Of a DNA stretch of 64,000 nt, positions 13,323-27,693 are shown in pieces. The position numbers and the translations under genes were made by a program. Numbering within the stretch: position 1 is the first letter of the stretch; every line of letters begins with the position of its first letter. A model generated the notes under the pieces. The model ran no database searches and was not told where the DNA came from. It was given only the letters and a program-made list of their open reading frames with translations. Source of the DNA: Octopus vulgaris (taxonomy: Eukaryota); the NCBI GenBank assembly GCA_951406725.2, contig OX597814.1:57722001-57786000 (forward strand), in the 5' to 3' direction.

Positions 13323-14507
13323 AGAGACAAATAGAGATGTATTAGGTCTAGGATGGCCAAACTGTGAAAATGTACGCTTCATCATCAAAAGTCTTGGTTA
13401 CGAGTTCCCTGCGTGCATCTTTAGCAAGTGTCACTCTATACACCCTTGGGCGGATACTTACCTCAAGAAAGAAACTGGATAGACGGAAACTGTATAGAAG
13501 CCCATCCGATAGAGTGATAGTGTGTACCTGTAATAAATGGTCAATCCTTATTTTAATCTCATATTGCCTGAGAATGACGTTAAGAATACATTCATCTCTG
13601 AAATATTCAAATACACACTAGCAGAACGCAAATCGATGGAAACAATGATTTTATTAACATTCATTATTCATCTCCTGCCTTGTGTTTCTTGCCACTGCGG
13701 CCTTCAAGCATGCTATTTATAGTGCTAATGTACGTAGAATTTGTTGCGGTTAATATGAAGAGTTTTTTTTACGATGTGGGGCATTCAATATAGCTCGTAT
13801 GCTAAACTAAAGAATTTTAATTTTTTATTCATAGGAATGCATGTGCTGTTTGAATTTAGGATTTTAGGCGTGTTCATTTGTGTGTACATGTATGTGCGAG
13901 TGTATGTGTGCTGTGAACTTGATTCTCGGTAAAAGATGCCTTTGGACTGACAGCTTTTCTAACACCGCAGTGTTTGCTACCTCGTCTTTCCTGTTTATCT
14001 AGCCAATCTACTTAAGATCCTTATCTCAAAGACATCATCTTGTCCATTTCTCTGTACATTGTCCAAATTTCTGCTCAGTAGAGAATGGTTGGCATAATGT
14101 ATCGTATTTGAAACATGTTGCACCATTGCCAAAGACCATCGCAAGAGACAGAGGGAAGGGAAAGAGAGCAATAGGCTGTCAAAGATGTTTGTGAATGGAT
14201 GAGATCAAAGAATGGGTCGGAAATATGAGCCTGGCTGATGACATGCCCGAAGCTCAACGCAGCGGCAAGATGAGAGCTTCGGCAGCTTTGGCAAATCGAA
14301 ACCTTGAAACAGGGAGAGCACCTGGGTGATTATGAAGATGTGTGTTGTGGAAAAAACTTGTGTTACATCTTATGTGTGGTCCAGTATAGTTGTTTATGTT
14401 TATTTGTTTGCTTGTTTTGGAAAAGTCTTGTTTTTTGTTTTTTTCTGCTGACATAAGTGCGTATAAAGTGTTTATCTCGGGTAGACTTTATATAGGTCGA
14501 GTTAACT

Positions 14508-15260
14508 AGAGGGTGTTCGGATGAATGTTGACCATTTGCATAGAAGGAAATGAAATCACATTATCCCATCAAAACTAAAACTATTTTAAAAAATAAAAAA
14601 ATAATTTCAAATATATAATGACTAAGAGATAATGGTTTGCTCCAAGTAGTCGTGCTTTGCTTCCACCACAGTTTTCAACATGGCCCTGAAACCTGGTACA
14701 TGAGTTCCTCCAAATATATTTGGTAAGATCTTTGAACACTTCCAGCTCGGTTTTGTTGTTGCAGGCAGAGCTGGTGACGTCATTCTCAACCGCACCCTAC
14801 AGTAATTCATGTGATTACAATGAGCGGGAAATTAAGAGGCGAGAAATTGGTGCCGGTAAAGTCGTAGAAGCACTCCGACAACCGTTTCTGACTCTTCCTG
14901 GAAGTGTATCAAGGAGTGATCCACTACAGACACAGTTTCCAACAATTTCACTCAAGATGTGTGGATGAAATTCAGCGTGCGGACGCAGTAAGAACGACTG
15001 TGGTGTGCATTCCTGCTTGCCACACCGGTTTCGTATTCTGCCATATATCTGTCCATATCCCATTTTACTGTCTTCACAGTGTTCACAGAGCATTGAACAG
15101 CAGTCATGATGTCAGCATTTTGATAACCGGCGCAAATAATAATGGCAGACGCAATTTCCAATATCTAAATGGCTTCCATTCTTCCATGTCAACTAATTTT
15201 TCTCAATTACAACGTCAATTTTTATACTCTCCAACGCCGTTGGGTGTTCATCAATAAATC
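14508..15260 (-). mobile_element. Internally deleted DD37D/maT-like mariner transposon relic
   Basis: End gagggtgttcggatgaatgttgaccatttgcata; N-terminal AGYQNADIMTAVQCSVNTVK is homologous to the 28400-29150 copy. Confidence 0.7.
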
Positions 15261-15395
15261 ACTCTGTCGCCGAGGACATAAAAATCATTAAATCTAATTG
15301 AACATCCTTATATACAATATACCAATCGTATATTATGATATATATTCTTATATAAACGTGCGACGTGCGTGTAATATAGATACTATATATATATG

Positions 15396-15453
<58 letters not shown>

Positions 15454-15476
15454 CGTATGTATATATGTATATATCA

Positions 15477-15524
<48 letters not shown>

Positions 15525-15578
15525 ATGTATATATATATATGTATGTATATATGTATATATCAATATATATATATATCA

Positions 15579-15615
<37 letters not shown>

Positions 15616-15658
15616 CGTGTATGTATATATATATATATGAATGTATATATGTATATAT

Positions 15659-15703
<45 letters not shown>

Positions 15704-16118
15704 AAATAAGAAAATGGAGAATTTCTTATTTTGTATTATGAATTTGTGGTAAAACATTTTACCTTTGCCCATATAATACAGTAAATGAATTAATTGCATC
15801 GCAATTCCTAACATTTATGTATTAACTTTGTTGGGTACTTCACTAGCAGTATATTGGATATATGTTATCCCATGGAGGGTTGCATTTACAACCCCTATCT
15901 CAATTTGTATATACATATATATATATATAAATTATTAAATAATGCAATACAGTAGTATTGCTTCCCAGTAAAACAAAGCACCATCAGAATAGCAGTCGAT
16001 AATATACGATACTGTAGTAAAGCTTCACTGTTCTCGGTCTTTTAATGGCTTGGCGTTCAAACGAGTAAATATTGGTATTGATGTAACGACATTTGAATTT
16101 TTCTTTCGGTGAATCAAG

Positions 16119-16200
16119 CCGATGAGAACTAATCAAATTTACAATCAAACTTTCGAAACAAGCGTAAGTTCGAAAGTTCGAAATCTAGGTCCTAGATTAT
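16119..16200 (+). ncRNA. Degenerate hammerhead-like motif in a TA-flanked element (~15930-16265)
   Basis: CCGATGA-gaact...agttc-GAAA-tctagg t cctaga-TT; stems II and III good, stem I not recoverable. Confidence 0.35.
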
Positions 16201-16262
16201 CAACATCTGGGTTGTACATTTGTTTAATGTTCTTCCTACAGGTAAAATAAAACATTTTCCAG

Positions 16263-16322
<60 letters not shown>

Positions 16323-16486
16323 TATATACACAGCTTTACTATAGCAACGTATAGTATCGACTGCTATTTCCAGTGAATACTGGTACATTGTAGTACCACT
16401 ATACATATGTGTGTGTGTATCATAGAAAAATATATGTGTGTAATGCACACACCTATGCTTAGAAATATATATATATATATATATAT

Positions 16487-16948
16487 AACGTAAGGTGTAC
16501 TAGCCATCTGAATGTGGCTAGCCACTGGGGGTGGGGTGTTACTGATGCTTTTAGCCCCAGGCGATCAACGTCACCAGATGGACTTTAGACACTATCTCAG
16601 TGCCCTTGTGTTATTTGCAAAGGGAGGTCATCCTCCCTCGAAGACCTAAGTACTACATACGGACTATAGTTTCAAGGTAATTGCCTCTCGTCAACGCATG
16701 GTAAGCACCGGTCTTCGATGAAGGAGTCCCCCTGCAAATAATATATAACGTTTTTCACAGCAACCACTGTCACTGATTTAGAAAAACTGTCTGAAAGCAA
16801 TAATAAATCTCTGAACGAGATATAAACAGTAACCGCTCGACAACGTAAGGTGTACTAGCCATCTGAATGTGGCTAGCCACTGGGGGTGGGGTGTTACTGA
16901 TGCTTTTAGCCCCAGGCGATCAACGTCACCAGATGGACTTTAGACACT
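16487..16948 (-). mobile_element. Partial tandem element (355 bp unit), retrozyme/PLE-pLTR-like, 3' end at (TA)n
   Basis: 16487-16592 repeated identically at 16842-16947; hammerhead inside. Confidence 0.8.
16656..16700 (-). ncRNA. Type I hammerhead ribozyme (C3U variant)
   Basis: Minus strand: catgcg-TTGACGA-gaggcaattacctt-GAAA-ctatag-TC-cgtatg; palindromic stem III ACTATAGT; GUC cleavage triplet. Confidence 0.75.
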
Positions 16949-18147
16949 TGAAACTAAAACCCAATGAAAATTGAATACACTTTTACAAATAATATTTGAG
17001 TAAATATTTGTATTCTTGACATACATACTATTTTTTAGGCAATAAATAGAGTTTTCTTCCTGATAGGGATGTGTACATACGGACGTCTTTTCTGTTAAAC
17101 ATACTGCGTTGAAAATGCATTAGAGTTGTAGCTTTATTATTTTTTTTATTAAGTATTCCCTTATCTATTTTGTATGAATTCATAGTAGTTTTTTGGCTGC
17201 AAAAAAGTTTATAAAATCATTATTAATGTTTCTATAGCTTCGAAGTCAAGTCTTTAGGATGAAGTGATTTTTGACTTTTACTGCTTCTTTAGAGTAAACA
17301 GTGCCAATGTGATTGTTCTAGACATTACTGCTGGAATCTGAATTTTTTACTTATAGGAATTTATACGTTTTCGCTCAGATCATTACTCTTGTCTCTGACT
17401 GATATATGTCGTCTGTGTGCTTATATAACATTGTTCTTTTATTTACAATACTTTTATTACTAATCATCTAAATGTTTCTGGTAACATTGTGGGATAAAAA
17501 TGTGTTATCCACTAACGTTTTGTGTCTAGTATTGTTTTATGTCATGAAGTGTCGATCTTTGTTATCGTTTCATGTTGTAAGTGCATTGTAAGCATAGATT
17601 TTGAGCAATCAGCTGGAACTAGAGGCTTATATATTAGATAGTTACTTCAGCAAAGATACTGCATTTTCTTTTTCAGCATTGCCATAAACATAACATTGTA
17701 TAAAACACACATGCACACACACACAGAGACAGACACAGAAACAAACCAACACACACACACACAAAGAATGTGTACGTACATATGCATACCAACAAACACA
17801 CACGCACACAGAATATGTATGTACATATGCAAACACTTATACATAGACATGTATGTTAGTGACAACTAGTGTGTTTGTATGTGTATAGATGCACCCACAT
17901 AACTATATATTACGTATACATACATACGCGTGCACACACATGCACACATATACATATACATAGATTTATATCCACTTCACATGCGTAGATGATCTAAATT
18001 ATCATTTGGTAATTGAGTGACATCCTCTAGAGATTTAGATAATTTTTATAACTCAAGAATTTTTATTGTATGGCATTTAATATACACGCATTTGTCTATT
18101 TTGTCCCAATACATTCTACTGGCCACTTTTATTTATTTATCTTACTA

Positions 18148-18212
<65 letters not shown>

Positions 18213-19203
18213 ACATATATGCATGTATGTATGTATTTATATATGACATAAGTAAGATATATATGTATGTAAGTATACACGTATACTTATATTCATATAA
18301 ATATATATATATAGTAATATAAATAAGTACATTTAGATACATAACAGATATATGTATATATTTACACTCACATACATGTACATACATAAATGCATACATA
18401 CATACATACATGCGTTATTGCTCTAGCTAACAGGAGGAAAGCTGTCAGTAACGGCCTAGTGTGTAGATAATTTAATTCGGTCAGCTGAAATCATTTAGTT
18501 GAAGCTAAAAGTTTCTAAGCGTGCTGGGGCATCCGTTTCGTAAAGTCAGGTATTTATTTCGGATTGGAAACATGAAACAACAAAGGATGTAGCAAGATGG
18601 AGAACGGAAATATTCCTCTGACTGATCGATATAGAACTCCCGTTTGTGCGATATCACTTTAACAGTAAGCACAGGTATTCATGTAAAGCTATCACACGAC
18701 AGCTAACTCTCAGAGAATTTCAGAATAAATGAGGAAATATTTAGATTTATACACGTGCACATATTAAGACACGGATGGACGATTTTACATCAATTTCGCG
18801 TTTCCCAACACAACATAGGCGATGTACATATTTGCCACTTCCATGCTCACATACACTTGCATATATATATATGCAGATACACGACATATTCAACACACAA
18901 TGTTCGTGTATGCACGTTTTTAACGTACATAAACACGCAATTCCATATCCGTGCTAATGTGATAATATATAAATATAGATATATTCGCACATAAAATTAT
19001 AAATATGTTCCCGCCCATATGTCAATACAATTGCAAATAATATACATTTTAAAATTAACGCACATTCTGAATGTGTCGCTCATTGAATATCCAATGCATA
19101 TTCGCAAATACATGCATTTGCAAGCATAATAATCCCACCTCACATAACCAGTCACTTACAAATTCATATGTGTGTACACTGTATGTATACAGGAACATAC
19201 GTA

Positions 19204-19247
<44 letters not shown>

Positions 19248-19264
19248 TATTTTATTTTATTTAT

Positions 19265-20626
<1,362 letters not shown>

Positions 20627-21149
20627 AATTTAGTCGTCCTGTTGGGTTGTGGTAATAACTGAATCCTCTCGCAATGATGGTTCTTGAGAGAATTATTAGG
20701 GTTATACATGGGATGTGTAACCTTGGAAGAATGCTTGTTGGAATCTGTGGAGATATGTATAATTATTTTTTTATTTTGCTTCGTGTCGCTGGTTGTTTTG
20801 TTATTTTTGTTTCTTTTTAAGCCCAAATTTCTAATGTATGCATTTCCATAATGTTACAGATGCTGTTTGCGATCCCTCTCTCACCCTCTCTCTCCCTCTC
20901 TCTCCATATATATATATAGACACAGATATAGATATAGATATAGATATATAATTAATCCCCAACCCCCAAAAAACGAACAGAAAACAAGAAGAAAAAACAA
21001 CAACGTGAGGATGTGGTACATGCAAATTATTAACAGACGCTCAGAGAAGGAAAGAAAGTTAGCTTTAAGTTTCGAGCAAACTTCTTCACAAACAGGAGAC
21101 AAAGGTAAGTCCAAGAGAAAAGGAAGACGGAGGAAAAAAGAGCCAACAA

Positions 21150-21150
<1 letters not shown>

Positions 21151-21240
<90 letters not shown>

Positions 21241-21255
21241 AACACACACACAGAG

Positions 21256-21286
<31 letters not shown>

Positions 21287-21304
21287 CACACATGCACACA
21301 CACA

Positions 21305-21336
<32 letters not shown>
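21151..21336. repeat. (CA)n then (TA)n microsatellite
   Basis: Directly visible. Confidence 0.95.
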
Positions 21337-21340
<4 letters not shown>

Positions 21341-22859
21341 CACGTAGAAAAATAACAACTAATTCAACAACAAAAGGCAATAAAGTTGAGCTAAACTGTT
21401 TTAAAGCTAAAAGTAGAAAAATAGACAAAAACTATTGCTTCCGATGTTTTACTAATAACATATAAGAATAAATATTATCAATAACATGTTTTTCGCGATA
21501 CTCAAAAATTTATATCGATTTTATAAAGCCTTAAAATATAAACACATAATACATTTAAATATACTAGCGATATATCTAGATATCCCTTAAAGTGCACCTA
21601 AAGTGCACCCAAAAACCTCCTGAACGGCACGAGGAATATTCTTTGAATGCACCGAGATGCATGTTGCGGCACATCGTTTGGAAACAATTACAGTAGGAAG
21701 TAAAATTAAGCGTTCTGTTGAAAACTACTAAGAAATAAGAGTATCCGTTGTTTTTGAGTGAATTTTGGAAATGTATATCTTTTGTAATATCTGTTTTGTA
21801 TCATTATGTTCTTAGTTTTAATTCGTTCCAGGTCATCTTTATGTTTAATACTTTCACGATCAGTAAAATAAGTATAAGAGAACAAGCACTATGAAGTCGA
21901 TATAACGGATTAAATCATTGAGTAAGGAAGTACTCTAAGAAGGTTGTAACAGTTCAATCACTAGGAATCGAGGAGAAAAATATATTAACGAAAAAGAGAG
22001 ATACAAACCGCAAAGAAGTTAATGGGTGACTGGGTTGAAGAGAAAGAATAATAATGTGTAGAACTGAAGAAAGAAGTCTATGATATTCGTTATGATTACG
22101 CAAATGAGATCGATGCAAAAATTCAGAAAAGAAAATGAAAACAACAAAAAAAAAACCCCCAAAAAACGAGTTGATGAAAAGGTGAAATTGAAAACAGAAG
22201 TCAATGAAAATATGGCGACAAAAGGAAGCGGGAAAAAATTAATGTAGAAGGAAAAGAAGAAAGGAAAAAATAATAAAGAAGGAAAAGTAGAAAGAAAAGA
22301 AATATAAATGTAAAAATGTCGAGGAGATGGATGAGGAAAATGTATGATGAATGGAGATGAAGAGGAGGGAAAAGAAAGAGTAAATTGGAAAAAAGTGGTA
22401 GAAGATTCAGATCAGAAGATGCTAGACAGTTGAAGCAGATGATGATGATGATGATGATATTAAGAACAATAACAATAATAAGAAGAAAAAGAAGATAAAG
22501 AAGTAAAACACGAGGAAGAAGAAGATCAAGAAAAAGTAGATGCAACGATGCAGAAGATGATGAAATAATTTAAGAGGACGTTGTTAATAAGCAAGACAAT
22601 AACCAGTAATGATTGATTGACATGAGCAATAACTACAACAAATGGCAAACTTTAGTTACACTGTCGTTTGATGATAATAAAGCAGTGGAGGAAATTGTGT
22701 GAATGAGGGAGGAGAATGAGTTAGTGGTGGTGGTAATAGTAGAAGTAGTAGAAGAAGATATTTAGAAGATGAATCAGGAAATATTTTAACGGTGAAGTAA
22801 CACAAGCAAAAAAGATGAGAAAAGAAGAAGAAAAGCTGAAGATAAATATTTCTATCTGT

Positions 22860-23399
22860 TACTTGTTTGAGTCATTGGACTGCAGCCACGCTGGGTTACC
22901 GCCTTGAAGTGTTTTCGCTGAAGAAATTGACACCATGTGCCATTGTTGAAAGTCCGCTACGTATCAGTCTCTTTTACTGAACTTGTCACACTGTTTGTCA
23001 AGCGGTGGTGAGAGAAAAACATGCATGCACATACTTATCTATATATACAATGGGTTTCTTTCAGTACATGTCTGCAAATGGTACTATTAAGTCAGGCCAA
23101 AGAGCCACGTAGAAGGACTGAGCCTGGGAACGTGTGGTTGGGAGGAAAACCTGTTACCACTAAGCTACGCATTGCACGCATGTACGCACGCACGCACGCA
23201 CGTACACACACACACACACATACATGCACACGTTCGCACACACATAGGCATTGGTGTGTAAGAAGCTTGCTTCCCAATCACATGGTTATGGCTTCAACTC
23301 CACCGCATGGTACCTAGGGAAAGTGTCTTCTACTACAGCCTTGGGTCGACCAAAGCCTTGTGAATGGATTTAGTAAACGGTAACTGAAAGAAGTCCATC

Positions 23400-23402
<3 letters not shown>
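22860..23402. mobile_element. Cluster of three SINE copies (two minus, one plus at 23246-23402)
   Basis: Matches to the SINE families at 945, 1175 and 6705. Confidence 0.7.
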
Positions 23403-23458
<56 letters not shown>

Positions 23459-23460
<2 letters not shown>

Positions 23461-23852
23461 CAGTAGTACCTTGGTTTTCGAACAACTCTGATCACGGACA
23501 AATCGTGCTTTATATTTATAGCTGGAATTTACAAAGAAACAAAAGACGAAGATATGTGTGTAAACAACAAAGAGGTGTATTAGTTTAACGCTCGGGAAGG
23601 TGAGAAAGTCTTTTACGTTTCGAGCCTACTCTTTTCAACAGAGAGGAACACAAGAAAATAAACGGAGGGAATAAAAAAAGAAAGATTTAGCGGCTAGCTG
23701 TTAATCATGGCAATGGCCAAGCACGATTTGTTCATGGTCAGAGACGTTCGTAAACCGAGGTACTGCTGTATTAAATGAATATGAAAAAGACAAGAGATAA
23801 AGCACCATTTATTCATGATCGGAGTTGTTCGAAAACCGAGATACTACTGTAT
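23459..23852. mobile_element. Tigger/pogo-like MITE with a nested PLE-pLTR-like fragment and a duplicated right end
   Basis: Left TIR TA-cagtagtaccttggttttcgaac; right TIRs gttcgtaaaccgaggtactgctg-TA (to 23770) and gttcgaaaaccgagatactactg-TA (to ~23851). Confidence 0.75.
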
Positions 23853-25215
23853 ACAGGTAAGCAGGTTGGAATAAGGGATAAGAATATCCGTTCTGCAGTA
23901 GATGACTTCCCATGAGATTTTAGCATGCTTAGGTTTATTGTGTATGAATGGAAGTGTAATTTTCTAGTAGATCCAGTATCGCTACAGCCACGCCAGGGTT
24001 AATATAACAATAAGTTTTGTGATGTGAACAATATAATATAATATAATATAATATAATATAATATAATATAATAAAGTAAGATTTAGTATATATATTAAAT
24101 AAGATTTAGTATATATATTAAGTAAGATTTATTAAACTGTGGTAGGACCCGGAGTTTGTAACCATGTTAATAATTAGCAAGTGATTTAACTTGTAGTCGT
24201 TTACCTGTTTGGGATTTTTGTACTTTTGCCCTGTCTCGTATGTCTGAGAGGCAGAATACACTCAGGAACCTGTAGACATTTAATAGTTCGTCTAGTATTC
24301 CCACCACTTGGAATTTTGCTGCTACGAATGTTAGAGTTAGCATTATATTTCGAAGGTAATTTCCACAAGTTTGCACCTCTCATATCAGTAGTCTTCCCTT
24401 AACTGTAAAAAAGTCTTAGCCGTATTGGGTGATTGTATTTATCTCATTTTAAATTTTTATTTCTATTTTATGTTATTATTGAGATGTTGTAGAAGGACAT
24501 CAGCAGCCTCGTGTCACTTATGAAATAGTCTTCTTCCCAACACACTTCGTTTTCTCCTTTATTTACGTCTACCCCTGTAAGGGTCTTAACTTGCCCTTGG
24601 TTTAAATATAACTGACCAACTGTAGAGGTCGACGGACTTTGATCAATTCCATTATGGAGAACAATTGGTGGTCTTTAGAATATTTCAGTAAGTACACCAT
24701 TATAAACACTCTAAGGGTTTTGTTTCTGGATGAATATTAATTAGCCCTATTTACGAAATCATGAGTACTATTCTTTTTCGTGACATATTGGTAATTCCTG
24801 TTTTACTTTAGCACTAGTTTTATTTTACTACTATTAATACACCCTGGTACCCCTATTATAAAGAGATAACCCATAAATTATTTCCCTAGTTCATTTGCTA
24901 GTTCACTGTATTGTCTATCGATTTCAAGCTCTACGCTGCAAAATGGTATGATTCTAATATATTGAGCCTTCTGGCCTCATCTTCAGGTCCTATTCTTTTT
25001 ATGCATTTGTATTCACTGTCATGAAGCTCTATGTACTAGATCGAACGTGCTATGAAAATGGCGAATATAATTTCGGAATTTTCTTAGTAAGCACCGACTG
25101 ACATTGGCAGCAGAAACGGCCGTAATAAATTTTATGTTATGTTTTGTATTAAAAAGTAATCAAACCGATGTTGGTCAATTTGTTTGTTTGTTGATCAAGT
25201 TTACTCTATTATCTG

Positions 25216-25271
<56 letters not shown>

Positions 25272-25493
25272 TCTATGAGTATGTGTGTGTATATGTGTGT
25301 ATGTGCTTTGCTGTCTGTGTATGTCTCCCGCCACCGCTTAATGGTGTGTTTACGTCCACGAAAATTAGCTGTTCAGTAAAAGAAACTGATAGGATAAGTA
25401 GCAGGCTTAAACAATTCTTTCAACTAAAAACTTCTCCAAGGCGATGCCTCAGCATGGCCGCAGTTTTATGAGTGAAATATGCAAAAAGAAGAT

Positions 25494-25524
<31 letters not shown>

Positions 25525-26055
25525 AGACGAATAAATTAAAAGATATTAAAAGAAAGGAGAAGAATAAAAAATGAGGAAATGGTAATAACAGAAATGATGG
25601 GAAGAGAAATACATATGAAGAGAGTTGGAGACGCGAGGCAAGGTAAGAAATAGCACAAATGGATGTGGGGAATGTGGCGAAAAGATAAAGACGAAAAGAT
25701 GACGGATAATGAGTGAGAGAAATATTCCCAGATGGACAAACAATATTGAGTTATAACAGCCATGTATTGCAGCTATTATAATCTATTTTAATGATGAGAT
25801 GATATCTATTAGAACCTCTTGAAATGTAATTTACTCGCTAATGAAGCCAAATAACATTTAACCTCGTGACGTCCCCTCAGGATAATAAGAATGCAATGCA
25901 AATAGTATCAGCTCGTCTTTAGGGTTAAACGATTGATAGTTATAAACGCAGTTTCAGACAAACGCACCTACATACAAACGCACACACACACACATTATAT
26001 ATATATGCAGATAGTGACAAAGTGAGAGACAGCAAGAGAAGGCTAGTGAGGGTTG

Positions 26056-26089
<34 letters not shown>

Positions 26090-26514
26090 TAAATATATAT
26101 GTATGTACATAAATATATATACAAATATGTATGCATATAAATATATCTTTACATATATATAATACAGTTAAAATATGCATATATATATATATATACATAT
26201 ATATATACATATATATATATATTTATATATGTGCATATATATATATTATATATATAATATATGTACATATATACAATATATTTACACACACACATATGTA
26301 TATATGTATATATATGTGTGGATGCATGTAAATGTGTGTACACCCACACATATTTACATATCCACACGTTCTACAATACTTGCTTATATCGTCGTGGTGT
26401 AAGGACCTCAGCAATTTTGCATATATTTGCTGCTTACATCTATTTACTTGCTCATCTAACATGGAGTCTTCTTTCAGCAATTATTACTTGCCAGTTTTAT
26501 TCCAAGTGTATGCA

Positions 26515-26553
<39 letters not shown>

Positions 26554-26578
26554 ATATATATCCACATGCATTTATGCA

Positions 26579-26614
<36 letters not shown>

Positions 26615-27058
26615 GAAGCTTAAGGATACATAAAAGCATACACCTGCTAGAAATATAAGCTAAAATCTTAATTAAACCACCGGACAGCACCAAGATAACA
26701 GAGAAATAACATTATGCGTTTTGTCTGCGGACCACCTATGTTACTCCTGTTGATACTACCGATTTTAAATTTTATCCATAGATGATAGTAACAGTAGTGA
26801 CATCTTATTTCAAATCTTAGTGTTGGAATGTTTTGTTTATATATATATATATATATATATATATTTCATTCATATGTGTGTGTGTGTGTGTATACATATA
26901 TATATATATATATAAAAGCAATTAAGATTCAAGTCAATTCTAATGAATTCACTTGAATGTGGTACTTAACTTAGATGCACCAGAAAACTATATGGTGTTA
27001 ACCATATAGTAATGTGGGGTGATTATAAACGAGAAAGAAGCAACAAGAATAGATTAGT

Positions 27059-27149
27059 TTTTAGTACAATTGTTTCATACAAAGAGAGGCTTTATTAAAA
27101 GTTGCAAATATTGCAGCAGATAAAAGTGTCCCGTACTCATCAGCTAAAA
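27059..27149 (-). ncRNA. Type I hammerhead ribozyme (inverted copy)
   Basis: Reverse complement of 27555-27645. Confidence 0.8.
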
Positions 27150-27554
27150 CACATATGAGTTCTCCAAACATCTTAGTGGATGAGGCTACACTCATGAAGT
27201 ATTGGAGATAATTTCATTAAAAGCAGATTCCGGTTGTAAACAGAGTTCCGAAGTTCTTTAATGATGATGCACAGTCTTATCACAGGTTTTAAAAAAGCTT
27301 ATTAGCTTCACAGAGAAGGCGAATTAATCCGTAGTGTAGGTGTAAATTTCCAGAGATATGAGGAGGTATTTCATACTCACAGACGATGAATTTATCCATG
27401 GTTAATCCACAATGAGGTGGGTATAATTTCATGCTATATGATAAGGTATTTGCTACATTACTGTTCCCTTCACAAAACTGCTTTTAATGAAATTATCTCC
27501 AATACTTCATGAGTGTAGCCTCACCCACTAAGATGTTTGGAGAACTCATATGTG

Positions 27555-27645
27555 TTTTAGCTGATGAGTACGGGACACTTTTATCTGCTGCAATATTTGC
27601 AACTTTTAATAAAGCCTGTCTTTGTATGAAACAATTGTACTAAAA
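27555..27645 (+). ncRNA. Type I hammerhead ribozyme, long stem II, palindromic stem III
   Basis: ttttag-CTGATGA-gtacgggaca...tgtctttgtat-GAAA-caattg-TA-ctaaaa; predicted cleavage after 27639 (GUA). Confidence 0.85.
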
Positions 27646-27693
27646 ACTAATCCATTCTTGTTGCTGCTTTCTCGTATATATATATATATATAC

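Larger units (their letters stand above)
26915..27675. mobile_element. TA-flanked hammerhead element with ~198 bp inverted arms
   Basis: 27029-27226 is the near-perfect reverse complement of 27478-27675; each arm has a hammerhead. Confidence 0.85.

Noticed and set aside
14228-14256. CTGATGA...GAAG hammerhead candidate
   Set aside because: GAAG instead of GAAA and no stem II or stem I pairing
13920-14330. Possible LINE relic on the minus strand (INRKDEVANTAVLEK)
   Set aside because: Single weak motif; not enough to call
21960-22850. Purine-rich tract giving hydrophobic minus-strand ORFs
   Set aside because: Low-complexity (GAA/GAT) sequence, not a membrane protein
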